DNA of 64,000 nucleotides from Sphyrna mokarran (taxonomy: Eukaryota): NCBI GenBank assembly GCA_024679065.1, contig JAGIQG010000020.1:21948001-22012000 (forward strand), written 5' to 3'. This document shows, piece by piece, positions 47,584 through 60,165 of this stretch. Each line of letters begins with the position of its first letter. Position 1 is the stretch's first letter. The notes beneath the pieces are model-generated. The model was not told the origin of the DNA. It saw nothing but the letters and a program-made list of their open reading frames with translations, and searched no databases. The position numbers were made by a program, and so were the translations under genes.

Positions 47584-48316
47584 AAATTATGTCAAGCACT
47601 ATTGTCAAATAGTCTTAGTTATGAAATGAAATTAAATATACAAGGGATTGATATTGTATTGTCTACATATAAATGAGAAAACAGCAGAAGTAATGCTTTA
47701 AATGAGAAAACACGGGAGAGATAATCTTAAGCTCATGGAGAAATCTTCATAGTGACGAAGATGCTACCACAGAAATCTTTAAGTTCCTTACAAAATGTTT
47801 CTGTACCCCGATCCGTTGCAAGTCACACTTTTCCTCTGCTTATGTTAAATTGCTTGTCCCACAACTGGGCTGTAACTGGCTGACCCAATATTGTTTTGGG
47901 AGCTTTACAAACAGTAGAGAGAAGAGGAGGTTTTCAATGCTGTGGTCTGACTATCGTTATTGGAGTAGTGGAAAGATACAGTTCCACAAGTAAAAGAGTG
48001 AATTAGCATTAGGTGAGTACCTTTCCACAGATCCTTCGAATGTAATTCTCCCAACACTTCTCAATGCCGCTTAATTCAGTCAAACTCACAGTGAAGCAAG
48101 CTATGAGCTCAAGATCCAACATTGGTATTCCCATTGTGCTAAGATGCTGAATGCAGGATGTACGTTTCAGACTGGTATAGCCTGATGAGTTCCCAATTTT
48201 AGCTATGCTGTCTGGGTGAGATTCTGTTCTTTTCTTTCCCTTTTAGGCTTCATCAGAAAAGCTTGGGAGGGCAAGGCCAAAGAGAGTTCAGAGTGGAAAT
48301 GGATTGGAGAATGAAA

Positions 48317-48668
48317 AACATAAGTATATAAGAACTAAGAGCAGGAGTCAGCCATCTGGCCCCTCAAGACTGCTCCACCATTCAATAAGATTGTGGCTGA
48401 TCTTTTTGTGGACTCAGCTCCACTTACTCACCTGCTAACCATAACCCTTAATTCCTTTACTGTTCAAAAATCGATCTATCCTTGCCTTAAAACATTCAAT
48501 GAGGTCACCTCAATTGCATCCCTGGGCAGGGAATTCCACAGATTCACAACCCTTTAGGTGAAGAAGTTCCTCCTTAACTCAGTCCTAAATCTGCTCTCCC
48601 TTATTTTGAGGCCTTGCCCTCTCGTTTCTGATTCATCCATCAATGGAAACATTTTCCCTGCTTCTGTT
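48317..48668 (-). mobile_element. CR1 3' end
   Basis: acataag...aagagcaggagtcagccatctggcccctc...ggaattccacagattcacaacc. Confidence 0.85.
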
Positions 48669-48907
48669 TTAAAATGACAGGTTTAAAATGAAGTTCAGGA
48701 TCACGTTTGAGGACTGAATGGAGATATTCATCTAATCTGTGGTTGTGGAAAATATTGCATTTTGAACAGCAAGTACATGATACTAAATTGAAAGGAATGA
48801 TTTTTAAAATTAACTGCAGTAAAAAGGTCTGAGGATTAATTGAATAGCCCTCGATATTTAGCCTGAAGATGGTGATAAGGGATTAGTAAGGCAGGAATGG
48901 CTGCTAC

Positions 48908-49173
48908 GAGAGGACACAGGTTTAAGACGCTGGGGAATAGGTACAGAGGAGATATCAGGGGTAAGTTTTTCACTCAGAGGGTGCTGGCTGAGTGGAATCG
49001 GCTGCATCTGTGGTAGTGGAGGCAAATTCGATAGGGTCTTTCAAGAGACTTCTGAATGAGTACATGGGACTTAATAGTTGATGGTTATAGGTAAGCCTAG
49101 TGGGTATGGATATGGTATGGTTGTGGGCTGAAGGGCCTGTTTGTGCTCTAGTTTTTCTATGTTCTATGTTCTA
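48908..49173 (+). mobile_element. CR1 3' end
   Basis: gaggacacaggtttaag...ttttcactcagagggtg...gggcctgtttgtgctc...tctatgttctatgttcta. Confidence 0.85.
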
Positions 49174-49804
49174 ACCCACTCCATTACAATGTAGGCAGCT
49201 TGCCCACCTTGTGCTGTCAGTTCATTTGAATGATCCCTATGTCCAGTCACTGCTAACCATGCTTGTAGATTGGCTGAATGTGTAATAATCTTACTAAGGC
49301 TAGTCTTTCGTCACCATCACCCTCCATTTACAACTTGCTCAAGGTGCAGCTCAATGGCTGCAATGTTCAAGTCAAGACCTGGTGTCTTTCAACTGCTGGT
49401 CTGAGAGGAACAGTCTAGTTTTAAACCCACCCTTGCTCCTTCCCTGTTGGGTAAATCTCCATTCACATAATAGTGGAGTTTGTATTCTATAAGCCCACAG
49501 GAAGATCCATTGATGATTCCCCCATGGCCATCATAACAGAATGCATCAACAGGAGGTCAATATTGTGTGTGGCTTGGACCTCTTAAAGTTACCTTGCATC
49601 ACGTGGCTGGAGCAGAACCTGGGAATCCAGCAGGAAGTGAATCTGATCTGGGGAAGCATTATGGATGGCAGAATACGAAAGTGATCAGGCTCCAAGGCTG
49701 GCCTGAAGGTCTTGGTGGAAGAGTTGGAGAGGAAGTAAGGTGTCCTTATCTTCAGGGAATGGGGGGTAGGTGCAGGGAGAAGCTTCCACACATATGATCA
49801 TATC

Positions 49805-50760
49805 AGCATATGAACTCAGAGCAGGAGTAAGCCATTTTGCCACTTGAGCTTGCTCCATCTCTTAATAAGATCTAATAGTAACCTCAAATCTGCATCCCAC
49901 TGATCCCCAATAACCTATCACCATCTTGCTTAGCAAAAATCTACCCACCTCTGCCTAAGAAATATTCAAAGACTCCGCTTCCATCAAATTCTCAGGAAGA
50001 GAGTTCCAAAGAATTGCAATTCTTTGAAAGAAGTTTTGTGTCTCATCTCCATTTTAAACGGTGACCTTTATTTTTGAACAGTGACCCCAACTCTAGATTC
50101 TCCCACAACAGGCAATATCGTCTCGTCAATCACACTGTCAGGACACCCCAAGGTCTTATATGTTTCAGTCAAGTTGTCTCTTACTCTATTAAACTCCATT
50201 GGAGACAAGCATAGTCTGTCCAACCTTTCCTCAAAAGACAACCCATCCAACCCAGATATTAGTTTAGTAAACCTTCTCTGAACTGCTTCCAGTTCATTTC
50301 CATCCTTCCTTAAATAACATGACCAATACTATAAACAGTACTCCAATTGTGGTCTTACCAGTAGTCTGTTCGACTGAAGCATAACCTCCCTACTTTTGTG
50401 TTCAATTCCTCTAGTAATAAATGATAACATTTTATCTGCTTTCTTAATCACTTGCTGTAGCTGCACACTAGCCTTTTATTATTCATGCACTAGGACATCC
50501 AGATCCCTCTCTATCTCTGCACCTCAGAGCTAAGCAATTACTCACCATTTAGATAACAAGCTTCTCTTTCATTCTTCCTGTCAAAATTGACAATTGCACA
50601 TTTTCCCAGATCATACTCAATTTCTCAGATCTTTACCCACTCACTTAACTTATCTGTAACTTTTTGTTGTCCCGGCAGCCTCCTATGCCCTCTTCACAAT
50701 TTACTTTCTTACTATCTTTGTGTCAAATTTGGCCACATCCCTTCATTTAACTCATTTATA
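49805..50760 (-). mobile_element. CR1 LINE 3' portion
   Basis: ORF 50068-50250 reads GLSFEERLDRLCLSPMEFNRVRDNLTETYK; tail at 49805-49860. Confidence 0.85.
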
Positions 50761-51129
50761 CAGGTCAAAAGGCAGATGGTACTGATGAAGAAATGATATC
50801 ACTGGTTCTCACAATTGTAGCAACTAATTCATATACTGACAATCCACATATCCTAGAGGACACACTAGTATCAAAATCTGCTTCTGGTGAGACACCAGGG
50901 ATAAATGTACTGCAGTCAGTGCACAGGTCAGGGGCAGTGGGCTGCCAATTCTCCAGAGGGTGAGATTACACAGGGGTTTTGATGCAGAGTACTGAGATGA
51001 GGACTTTGATAGGTTAGCCTAAAGAAGCCAGCTGAGTATGGACAACATGTTTAGTGCATTGGGAGATCTGACACAAAGCCTGTGAATATCGTTAAGATGG
51101 AGCACCCTAACATCAGTTTCAAGTTTTTA

Positions 51130-51440
51130 ATTATAGTTTATTTATTGGTATCACAAGTAGGCTTACATTTCTCAGATCTTTACCCATTCACTTGCAATGA
51201 AGTTACTGTGAAAATCCTTTAGTTGCCAATATGCCCCTGTTTGGGTACACTGAGACAGAATTTAGCATGGCTTTTACATCTAGCCAGCATGCTTTTTGGA
51301 CTGTAGGAGGAAACTGGAGGAAACCCATGCAAATGTGGGGAGAACATGCAGATTCCACACAGACAGTGACACAAGCTGGGAATCAAACCCAGTTCCCTGG
51401 CTCTGTGAGACAGCAATGCTAACCACTGTGCCACCATGCT
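51130..51440 (-). mobile_element. V-SINE, tail type B, carrying a templated insertion
   Basis: ORF 51219-51437 is the translated SINE head. The tail is interrupted at 51167-51193. Confidence 0.85.
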
Positions 51441-53012
51441 ACTCTATCCCATCCAGTATTGAAATGGTGGCCAATTCATGTAGCATGCTTGTGGGATTCA
51501 ACTGACTTATTAGCGTCTGTGCTCAGCCACCCAACACCAGGCTGCTATAGTACACAATCTAACCCTACAGCTCTACAGGAGCAGAGTGCTGCTATCTTTG
51601 CAAACCAGCTTGCAGGATCCAGCAGTCCGATGTGCAATGGATCACCTGGAATCCTGGTTGTACTGGCTTCTTGGAGCATGGACTCTGCTGCCCTCAAGAA
51701 GCCAGCATTCAGCCCTGCCACTGCCTATCAATCAGCGAGGACAGACTGCTGCCATCAGTGCCAAGCTAGTTCAGTCACAGCACAGCCTTCTAGATCCAGA
51801 ACTATGGACATAGAGATCATCAGCCTTCTACCAGAAACGTTGCAATTATTGTGGTAGCACTAGAATGGACAAAGGTGCGTGGAAGGTAAGTGCTAAAGGA
51901 TTGCACAAGACTGATCAGTTGAGTTTTGTATGTCATAAGGCATGACTGCATTAAAAAAAAGCTGTTTTGCAATATTCCTTTTCTGTTGTCTTTATTTTTG
52001 TATTGTGGCCAAGTGAATACTGATAGTCAACGAAGGTGAGAAAGTTGAGGTGTGGGACTGTTGCTGAATAGAGAATTGGGGTTGCCTTGATGGTATTGCA
52101 AGGGTTTTATCTGAATGATGGCAGACTTGTGCAGTGTACGGTAGACCACCATGAACCATGACAGCAGTTCTGTTGGGTACTGCCGGGTTTCTCCAGAGCG
52201 GTCCAGGCAGTGAAAGCATTGTATCAGCACAACAATGGTCTATTTCATTGCATTTCATGCGACAGTTGTGTCCTTGATGTATGTTTCTCTAATCCATGTA
52301 TAGGAGGTGCACCAGTTATGTCTTCAGTACAGCAACAGTCTGGCCGCCTAATGTTTAGGCGAGATGAAACTATTATTTATTTGTGCGAGAATGAATTTAT
52401 TTTCTGTATTTCTATATTACCGGATTTACCAATGGAATTGTATGCTCAGGAACGTAAGGCAATGAGTTTTTGTTTTTTTGAGCTCTGTAAAGAGTTACAG
52501 AATATAGGTAATGTGCACCTTCTGTGTAAAATCATATCTTCCACGTCCAAAGAAACCAGTTACACATGAGTTAATTAGATGAGAAGACGGCACCGAAATG
52601 ACACTCCATGTTGATGAAAGTGCTGCTTTCCCATTAATTTTACATTGACAGGGTTTCCAATAAAATTAGTTATATACTTCATTGAACAAAATAAATTAGT
52701 TGTAGAGGAAGAGGTTACTGTTTATGTCAGTTCTTCAAAACTATCCATATTGCATAAAAGAATTGCTGGCTAGAAATGATGGAAGTGAGATTAATCATGG
52801 CATAAATATTAACATTCATCACTTGTCTGATAGATCGCACTATGTTGTACATTCTTACTTTGTTGAATTTAAAGCTCTGGGCACAAACTTTTAGACACCA
52901 TTGTTTCCCTGGAAGCCTTTTACCTTCATATATCTTTCTTTTCCTCCTACAATCTACCATTTTTAAGAACAAATACATAGCTTCCTGTTGTCTAATCACC
53001 TTTATTTTCATG

Positions 53013-53340
53013 TCATAGAATCATAGAATCCTGCGGAAGGAGGTCATTCAGCCCATCAAGTCTGCACCGACCACAATCAAATCCTTTTCAGGTGTTATCC
53101 ACATAGCCCCATTTACCCTAGCTAGTCTCCCTGATGCTAAGGGGCAATTTAGCATGGCAAATCCACCTAACCCACACTTCTTTGTACTGTGGGAAGAAAC
53201 TGGAGCATTCGGTGGAAACTTATGCAGACAGGGGGAGAATGTGTAGACTCCACGCAGACAGTAACCCGAGCCGGGTATCAAACCCAGCTCCCTGGTGCTG
53301 TGAGGTAGCAGTGCTAACCACTGCACCATCGTGCCACCCA
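53013..53340 (-). mobile_element. HE1-type V-SINE (type A)
   Basis: tcatagaatcatagaatc...cagtgctaaccactgcaccatcgtgccacc. Confidence 0.88.
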
Positions 53341-53604
53341 CAAATGTCCCTGGATTCTCCTCCCCAACCATAGCTTTGTGGAGTTTGACTTTATAGGCAG
53401 ATTATAGGGTGCTTCAAAGGTGTGTGGAATTTTAACCCTGTCTTTCTTTGTCTTGCAGCAGTTTTGCTCATGGTAGTTGCATACTTGCTTGCACAACAAC
53501 TAATAGATCTGTAAAGTTGAACATCTGCCTGTTATTAGTGAAGCGAACTGTTAATTGTTCATATAGTTTATGAGGCCAATAACAGAGAAATGAAGGGAAG
53601 TCCA

Positions 53605-53850
53605 TTTCATGGTGTCAGGATGACCTCAATGCATCACAGTCTGAATTTCTTTTGAAATGTAGTCCCTGTTGTAATATAGGGAAGTTCATTTGTGCACAGC
53701 AAGATCCCACAAGCAGCATTGCGATAAAGGACCAATATTTGTGATGTTGGTTGAGAATTCGGCAAGGATACATCAGGAGACCTTACCTGCTCTTCAGGTA
53801 GTGCCATGGGATCTTTTTTTATTTCACCTGATTAACATCTCATTTGAATG
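53605..53850 (-). mobile_element. SacSINE1-like DeuSINE fragment
   Basis: tttgtgcacagcaagatcccaca...gtgatgttggttgag...cctgctcttcaggtagtgccatgggatc (Deu core, reverse). Confidence 0.7.
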
Positions 53851-53862
53851 TTCTGCTCAGTC

Positions 53863-54240
53863 AGTTATTATGATCCCAGTAGAGACCAGTAATGTGTTTA
53901 TTTGTTTTAGAATCTGGAAGCCCAAGTTTTTACTGAACGAATGAAGCCAAAAATTTTAAATAGCAAGAAATTACCACACAAAAATCAAAGAACCTGAATA
54001 CGAGTAACTGTACTCTATCTTAAACAGTCTGTTACATTAAAAATACTAAAGTGAAATGAGTGCAGATACTTCAGCTTTGAATGAACTTCTTAACTCAACT
54101 TTCCTTCAACACCCATCTGGCGTGCATCCCCAATAAGCTCAACTCAGGTACTTATCAGAAATTGAAAGATTAATCACTCGGGCTGCATAGTGTTTCAATG
54201 ATTTATACGAAGGTTGAGGTTTCTTGGGCCTTCTGTTTAC
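53863..54240 (-). mobile_element. LTR-like fragment
   Basis: Begins ttatgatccc, the reverse complement of the gggatcataa LTR end at 33062-33071. Confidence 0.35.
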
Positions 54241-54281
54241 TTCTGGCAAGGTTATTCTTCCAAATCTCCTCCAACCATCCC

Positions 54282-54869
54282 ATGGGCCAAATGGCAGCCT
54301 CCTGCACTGTGTAAGATTCTATGATCAAGTGACCAAGCTGCCTGGGAGATAAAAAGTATGTGGGAGAGGGTCAACCAGAAGTTAGTTATAGGATGAGAAG
54401 GTTCCCGATATTTGCTCTGGTTTCAAGTATGATTCCTTGCTCAGCACAAGGCTGTATTCAACACTGCCTTGAGCAAAATTGGGTCAAGATTCTTCTAGTT
54501 CAAATATTCTTTAAGTCTAGGATCTTCCATCTAAAATCCTCACTCTTTCTTTCACTCTCTCCTCAGCTTGGCTATTCCTAGACGTTCAACTCACTATTAG
54601 TGGAGTCCTTTAGTCATTAAGGTTTTTATACCTTTTTATCTAGCATGTAGAATCTCAGTTGGACTTTTTGGAAAGAGATGGAACCCGCAGCAAGTTTGTT
54701 CTAAACTGAGAACTAAAACTATACTTGAAACCAGAATAAATATCAGGAATCTTCTCAACCCTACAACTAACTTCTGGTTGACCCTTTTCCCATATGTTGT
54801 TTATCTTCCAGGCAACTTGGTCACTTGATCATAGAATCCTACAGTGCAGAAGGAGGCTATTCAGCTCAT
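54282..54869. repeat. Local inverted duplication, ~150-bp arms with a ~290-bp spacer
   Basis: 54282-54430 is the reverse complement of 54721-54869 (e.g. gattctatgatcaagtgaccaag, agggtcaaccagaagttagtt, tctggtttcaagtat). Confidence 0.9.
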
Positions 54870-55148
54870 TGAGTCTGCACTGATCACAATCCCGTCCAAG
54901 CCCTATTCCCATAACCCCATGCATTTACCCTACCTAGTCCCCCTGACACTAAGAGGCAATTTAGCAAGGCCAATCCACCTAACCCACACATTTTTGGACT
55001 ATGGAAGAAAACCGGAGCATGCGGAAACCCATGCAGATATGAGGAGAATGTGCAAACTCCACGCCAACAGTGACCTGAGCCGATAATCAAATCCAGATTC
55101 CTTCAGCTTTGAGGTAGCAATGTTAACCACTGTGCCACTATGCCACCC
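54827..55148 (-). mobile_element. HE1-type V-SINE (type A)
   Basis: Full head, V-domain and tail on the minus strand. Confidence 0.88.
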
Positions 55149-55274
55149 ATAACTGGATCAGTTATTGGAAACCAGATGCTTTATCTGAAATCAAGCGACA
55201 GAGAAACCTAGTTCAGAAAGGGACCATCACCCCAACAGAAAATACATACTTTTCTCTAAAAGAACTTGGGTCAT

Positions 55275-55400
55275 CACACAGTATTGCTCTCCCTTAGCAC
55301 TGTATGATAATGTTGATTGAGATTATGTGGCCAAGTACCTGGTGTGGAGCTTAAGTCTGCAAGCATTTCATACTGAGATACCCTCAGAACCATGGCTAAA
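55275..55400 (-). mobile_element. SacSINE1-like head fragment
   Basis: ctcccttagcactg...gattatgtggccaagt...gtggagctta...ccatggctaa. Confidence 0.45.
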
Positions 55401-55496
55401 ACCTTCAGAGAGAGAATAGTGAGGAAATTAAAGTGGTGAGCCACAAACATGCTCAGAGTTGTACTAGCAGAAAGAATGAAGGTCTTTTTATAAGGC

Positions 55497-55760
55497 AGTC
55501 ATTGAATTGCCACTGAAGGTGGGTGGAGGTAATGTTTTTGCCTCCTTTTGTTAGTCTGTAAACAATATATCTTAAAAATTAATGGATGGATTTGAACAAA
55601 ATCTGGTGCACAGATTGGGCATGGCACCAGCAAGAACTTATAAGGTTTTGGCAAAGGTGCAGATCTGGATATGGATCCTGGATCCTCTTAAAAGGATCTA
55701 CTAGGTTTGGGAGATAGGGTGAATAGACATTTTTTTTAATGACATTGTGGGTTGTTTTAT
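55497..55760 (+). mobile_element. Possible DINE-1/HINE-like (Helentron-associated) remnant
   Basis: ggaggtaatgttttt...tgttagtctgt...tatcttaaaaattaatggatggattt...gggcatgg...ttttgg...gatctggatatggatcctgga follows the motif order I recall for fish HINE-like repeats. Confidence 0.35.
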
Positions 55761-56384
55761 TCAGAATGTAGTTGCTTGTTCCAGAATGTTGTGGGTTTCC
55801 TCAGCTGCTACGTTGGAATATGTCACAACTATCCAACTGTGAACAGAGTTTTCAGAGCTAGTTGTTGGAGGAGGATTGGCCTGAAGAATCATCACTGAGT
55901 TGGAAGCTCTTATTGCAACATTTCCTTTTCTCATGTTTGTAGTTACAGAGCACAAGGAGGTAGAGAAAATCCTCATGCAAGAGCTGCAAAATTGTGGTAA
56001 TGTTGTGTTAATACAATGTGGTGGATATATGTGCTCTACCGGGTACTGTCTCCACTTGCTTAATGTGAATTCGATCTCTTCAATGTATATAGCACCGTGA
56101 GCATTGAATACAATATATTCAGTTAGAACTTCACGCAAACTATTGTCTTGTACTGTCTGTTGAAGACACTGAACAACTGTATGAGTGGCAGTTTATGTAG
56201 GCAAATGCTTTGTGTTTGCATAGGAAGGCACAGGGAAAGAGCACCTTGAAGTGAGGGACAGGTGCGTCTAAGAGTGAACCAAGGAATTACAGGATCCTAT
56301 TAGGATTTTATTTCTTGAAATTAATTCCTCCCTTCTTCTTCACCTTGTGACCTTGCTCAAATCTACATGATAAAAGAACTGTAA

Positions 56385-56945
56385 GATTTAATTTGATTTG
56401 ATTTATTATTGTCACAAGTATCTGTATACAGCAAAAAGTATTGGTTCTTGCGCACAAAGCATACTGTACATAGAGAAGGAAAGGAAAGAGTGCAAAACAC
56501 AGTGTTACAATCATAGCTAGGGTGTAGAGAAAGATCAACTTTGTGCGAGATAGGTCCATTCAAAAGTCTGATGGCAGCAGGGAAGAAGCTGTTCTTGAGT
56601 GGATTAGTACGTGACCTCAGACTTTTGTATCTTTTTCCTTATGAAAGAAGGTGGAAGAGTGTATGTCTAGGGCGATTATGCAGGCTGTTTTTCTGAGGCA
56701 GCAGTAAGTGTAGACAGAGTCAATGGATGGGAGGCTGGTTTGAGTGATGGATTAGGCCAAATTCACAACTTTTGTAATTTATTACAGTCTTAGGCAGAGA
56801 GGAGCCATACCAAGCTGTGATACAAGCAGAAAGAATGCTTTCTATGGTGCATCTGTAAAAGCTGGTGAGAGTTGTAACTGACATGCCAAATTTCCTTAGT
56901 CTCCTGAGAAAGTAAAGGCATTGGTGGGCTTTCTTAACTATAGCT
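56385..56945 (-). mobile_element. Rex1/Babar-type LINE 3' portion
   Basis: (gattt)n attattgtcaca...gagaaagatcaac...aaatttccttagtctcctgagaaagtaaaggcattggtgggctttcttaactatag. Confidence 0.85.
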
Positions 56946-58002
56946 CAAAACACTCAGAGTGAAACAAGTGATGTAAATATTCAAATTGAAAATCTAATTA
57001 TGAGACTTGTTAATGGTGCATTTCACACTCTGCATCTGTTGCTTCAATATTCAGCATTGAGTAATTTATAATTGTTATGAAACAAAGGGTAAAGTAATAT
57101 GTCATATGCAAGTACCATCACAAAGGCACGGACAAAAGAAGCAGTAAGATTGCAATGACATGTATCTTTGGTGCTGTGTACATCAATTAGCATCCACTCT
57201 GTCAATGTGAACAGTAAAGAAAGACATTTGGTTAGGCAGGTATCAGAGCTCAGTTTGCCACTTGACTGGTTTCAACCCAGGAAGATTTTAATACATTGAA
57301 TCTTATCTTCCGTCTTTCAGTTAAGCTGAAACAGAATGGACACAACGGGTGGCCGTACATTTAGATCCAACCTTTCCTAAACTAGTCTGTATCCCCAGCT
57401 GCTACCATATTAATATTGGGAGGAGGAGAAATGGTAGCACTATGGTATGATCAGTGTTCACTCCTTACTGTTCACAAACAAGCAACAACCACAAGAGATG
57501 CTGCAGATGCTGGAATCTGAACAAGTGAAACCCCCCCTGTGCTCCTATTTAATGATTAGGGATCTGCATTAAAGAAAAGAACTGTTGCATTGTAAACTAT
57601 GCATTTGTAGGTCCTCATGTTATGTAAAAAAAATAAGCTGACGATATAATTAGAAAGGATTCCAGCAGAATTCTCATTCATCACAGTATTTCCATGATCA
57701 CCCTCATCTATAAGTGCTGAGCCCAGCATGCGAGTGCAAAAACGAGGCTGAAGCTTTTGCACCATCTTTAGTCAGCTGGGTGATTCATCTTGACCACCTC
57801 CTGAGATCCGCACTGTCACAAACATCAGGAAATGACTGAGTGCACGGGGTACTGCCAATGCTCTGGGACTTGTCATCTCAGTTATCCTGATGAAGATTCT
57901 TGCTGCAGGACTACCTGTGCCTCCTAGTTAAACTGTTTCCATAAGGTTATAACACTGGCAACTATCTGATAATGTGGCGAATATACCAAGGATGTCTTGT
58001 AC

Positions 58003-58640
58003 AGCACAGCTCAGTGGCAGAGTGAGAAAGCACTGCTGCCTCTAAGTGTCAGGGGCCCAGATTCAATCTGGCCTTGGGTGACTGTGCAAAGTTTGCATGA
58101 GGAGAGATCGATTAGCTTAGGATTGTTTTTGCTGGAGTTCAGATGAATGAGAAGGATCTCATAAAGACTTATAAAATTGTAATGTGACTAGACAGGATAG
58201 ATGCAAGGAAGATGTTCCTGATGATGATGGTATTCAGAACCAGGGGTCACAGTCTGAGGATTCAAGGTAGACCATTTAGGCAGAGATGAAGAGACATTTC
58301 TTCATCCAAAGCGTGGTGAGCCTGTGGAATTCAGTAGTAGTTGATGCCAACACATTGAATGAATTCAAGAGGTGACTGGATATAGCACTTGGGGTGAATG
58401 CAATCAAAGGTTATGGGGAAAAAGCAGGATTAGGCTATTGAGTTGGACAATCACCCATGATTGTGGTGAATGGTGAAGCAGGCTTGAAGGGCCAAATGGC
58501 CTCCTTCTCCTTCAGTCTTCTGTGTTTCTATGTTCTCCCCGATTCTGTGGGGCTTTCCTCCAGATGCTCCACTTTCCTCTCAGAGTCCAAAGATGAGCAA
58601 GTTCGGTGAATTGGCCCTGTAAATGCTGAATGCTAAATTC
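58003..58640 (+). mobile_element. V-SINE split by a CR1 3' fragment (58099-58532)
   Basis: The SINE breaks at aagtttgcatg and resumes ttctccccgattctgtgggg; CR1 ORF2 end and tail lie in between. Confidence 0.8.
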
Positions 58641-59356
58641 TCTATCCTGCTTGCAGTGGTGGTGGGGCATGAATGGCCAGAAAATTCTGGCCCATGTAAT
58701 TTGTCTAACATATATTTTCCAATATCTCCTTTCAAATGTTTAGTCTTCAATACATTCCCAGTAGAGTGTCTGTTCCCTCTTTATATCAAATAGATTCAGT
58801 TTTAGTCCCATGCGCTATGTTCTAGTCCTTTCATGATACATTCAGCTCACATCCCTATCCACTTCCTATTTCTATTATTTTCTCCTTCCTTAAAATTATT
58901 CAGCTCCATCTTCTAATCCATCTCCAACCTTCTTTTGCACATTTCCTACAAATACCCCTTTGCTTTCCTTGTTTTGTTTTCATCTCTAGTTTCCCTTGCT
59001 TTATTATTGTAAACTCTGCCTCACAACACTGAAATGTTCCAATCTCCCAGTAAGAACAGTGAATCACTCTGAATTCTGCTTCCCCTTTGTGCCTGAGACT
59101 GTAAAGGTCCATTATAGTATAGGTAAATCAAAACTTCAATATTTCATTTGTGTCAAAGCCAAGAGAAATCATCAAACAGCAGACCCTTTATCACTAACCT
59201 TTCCTGTCCTCAACGGGTTAATGATATCTGCACTTGCCATCTCATTAATAGCCTCTTCAAGTAGTAACTTCCAGACAATGTGCACCTTGTAAACTCAGGT
59301 CTCATCATTAAAAAAAACTCAATATAATTTGCTAAATGTTTGAATATATATCCTGT

Positions 59357-60165
59357 AGAGTCAGAGAATCGTAGAGAGTTACAGCATGGAAACAGACCCT
59401 TTGGCCCAATTTGTCCATATTGCCCCTTTTTTATTATTATCCCCTAATTGCCTGCATTTGGTCCATATCCCTCTATACCCACCATACCCATGTAACTATC
59501 TAAATGCTTTTTAAAAGGCAAAATTACTGCCTCCACTACTACCTCTAGCTGCTTGTTCCAGACACTCACCACTGTCTGTGTGAAAAAATTGTCCCTCTGG
59601 ATACTTTTGTATCCCTCCCCTCTCATCTTAAATCTATGCCCTCTAATTTTAGACTCCCCTACCTTTGGGAGAAGATATTGATTATCTTGCTGATCTGTGC
59701 CCCTCATTATTTTATAGACCTATATAAGATTATCCCTCAGTCTTCTACGCCCCAGAGAAAAAAGTCCCAGTCTATCCAACCCATTCTTATAATTCAATCC
59801 ATCAAATCCCTGTAGCATTCCTAGTAAATCTTTTCTGCATTCTTTTTAGTTTAATAATATCCTTTCTGCAATAGGGTGACCAGAATTGCACACAGTACTC
59901 CAAGTGTAGCCTTACCAATGTCTTGTACAACTTCAACAAGACATTCTAACTCCTGTATTCAATATTCTGACCAATAAAACCAAGCATGCTTAATGTCTTC
60001 TTCACCACTCTGTCCACCTATGACTCCACTTTCAAGGAGCTTTGAATGTGTACCCTGAGATCTCTTTGTTCTTTAATTCTCCCCAAGGCACTACCATTAA
60101 CTGAATAAGTCCTGCCCTGGTTCAATTGATCAAAATGCATTACTTCACATTTGTCAAAATAAAAC
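59357..60165 (-). mobile_element. CR1 LINE 3' portion
   Basis: ORF 59444-59707 reads PKVGESKIRGHRFKMRGE...FFTQTVVSVWNK. Confidence 0.88.

Larger units (their letters stand above)
49560..52260. mobile_element. Decayed autonomous-type Harbinger: Myb-like ORF (+) and transposase (-) remnants, interrupted by a CR1 and a SINE
   Basis: The plus strand at ~49665-49750 gives MAEYESDQAPR..GLKVLVEELERK*GVL. The minus ORF 52027-52230 gives QCFHCLDRSGETRQYPTELLSWFMVVYRTLHKSAI, matching the HARBI1-type RFRCLDRSGG.LQY.P....V..C.LHN motif. Confidence 0.65.

Noticed and set aside
52194-52215. RE1/REST-like site on the minus strand (ttcactgcctggaccgctct)
   Set aside because: The left half and spacing match poorly, and the sequence is explained as the FHCLDRS codons of the Harbinger transposase remnant.
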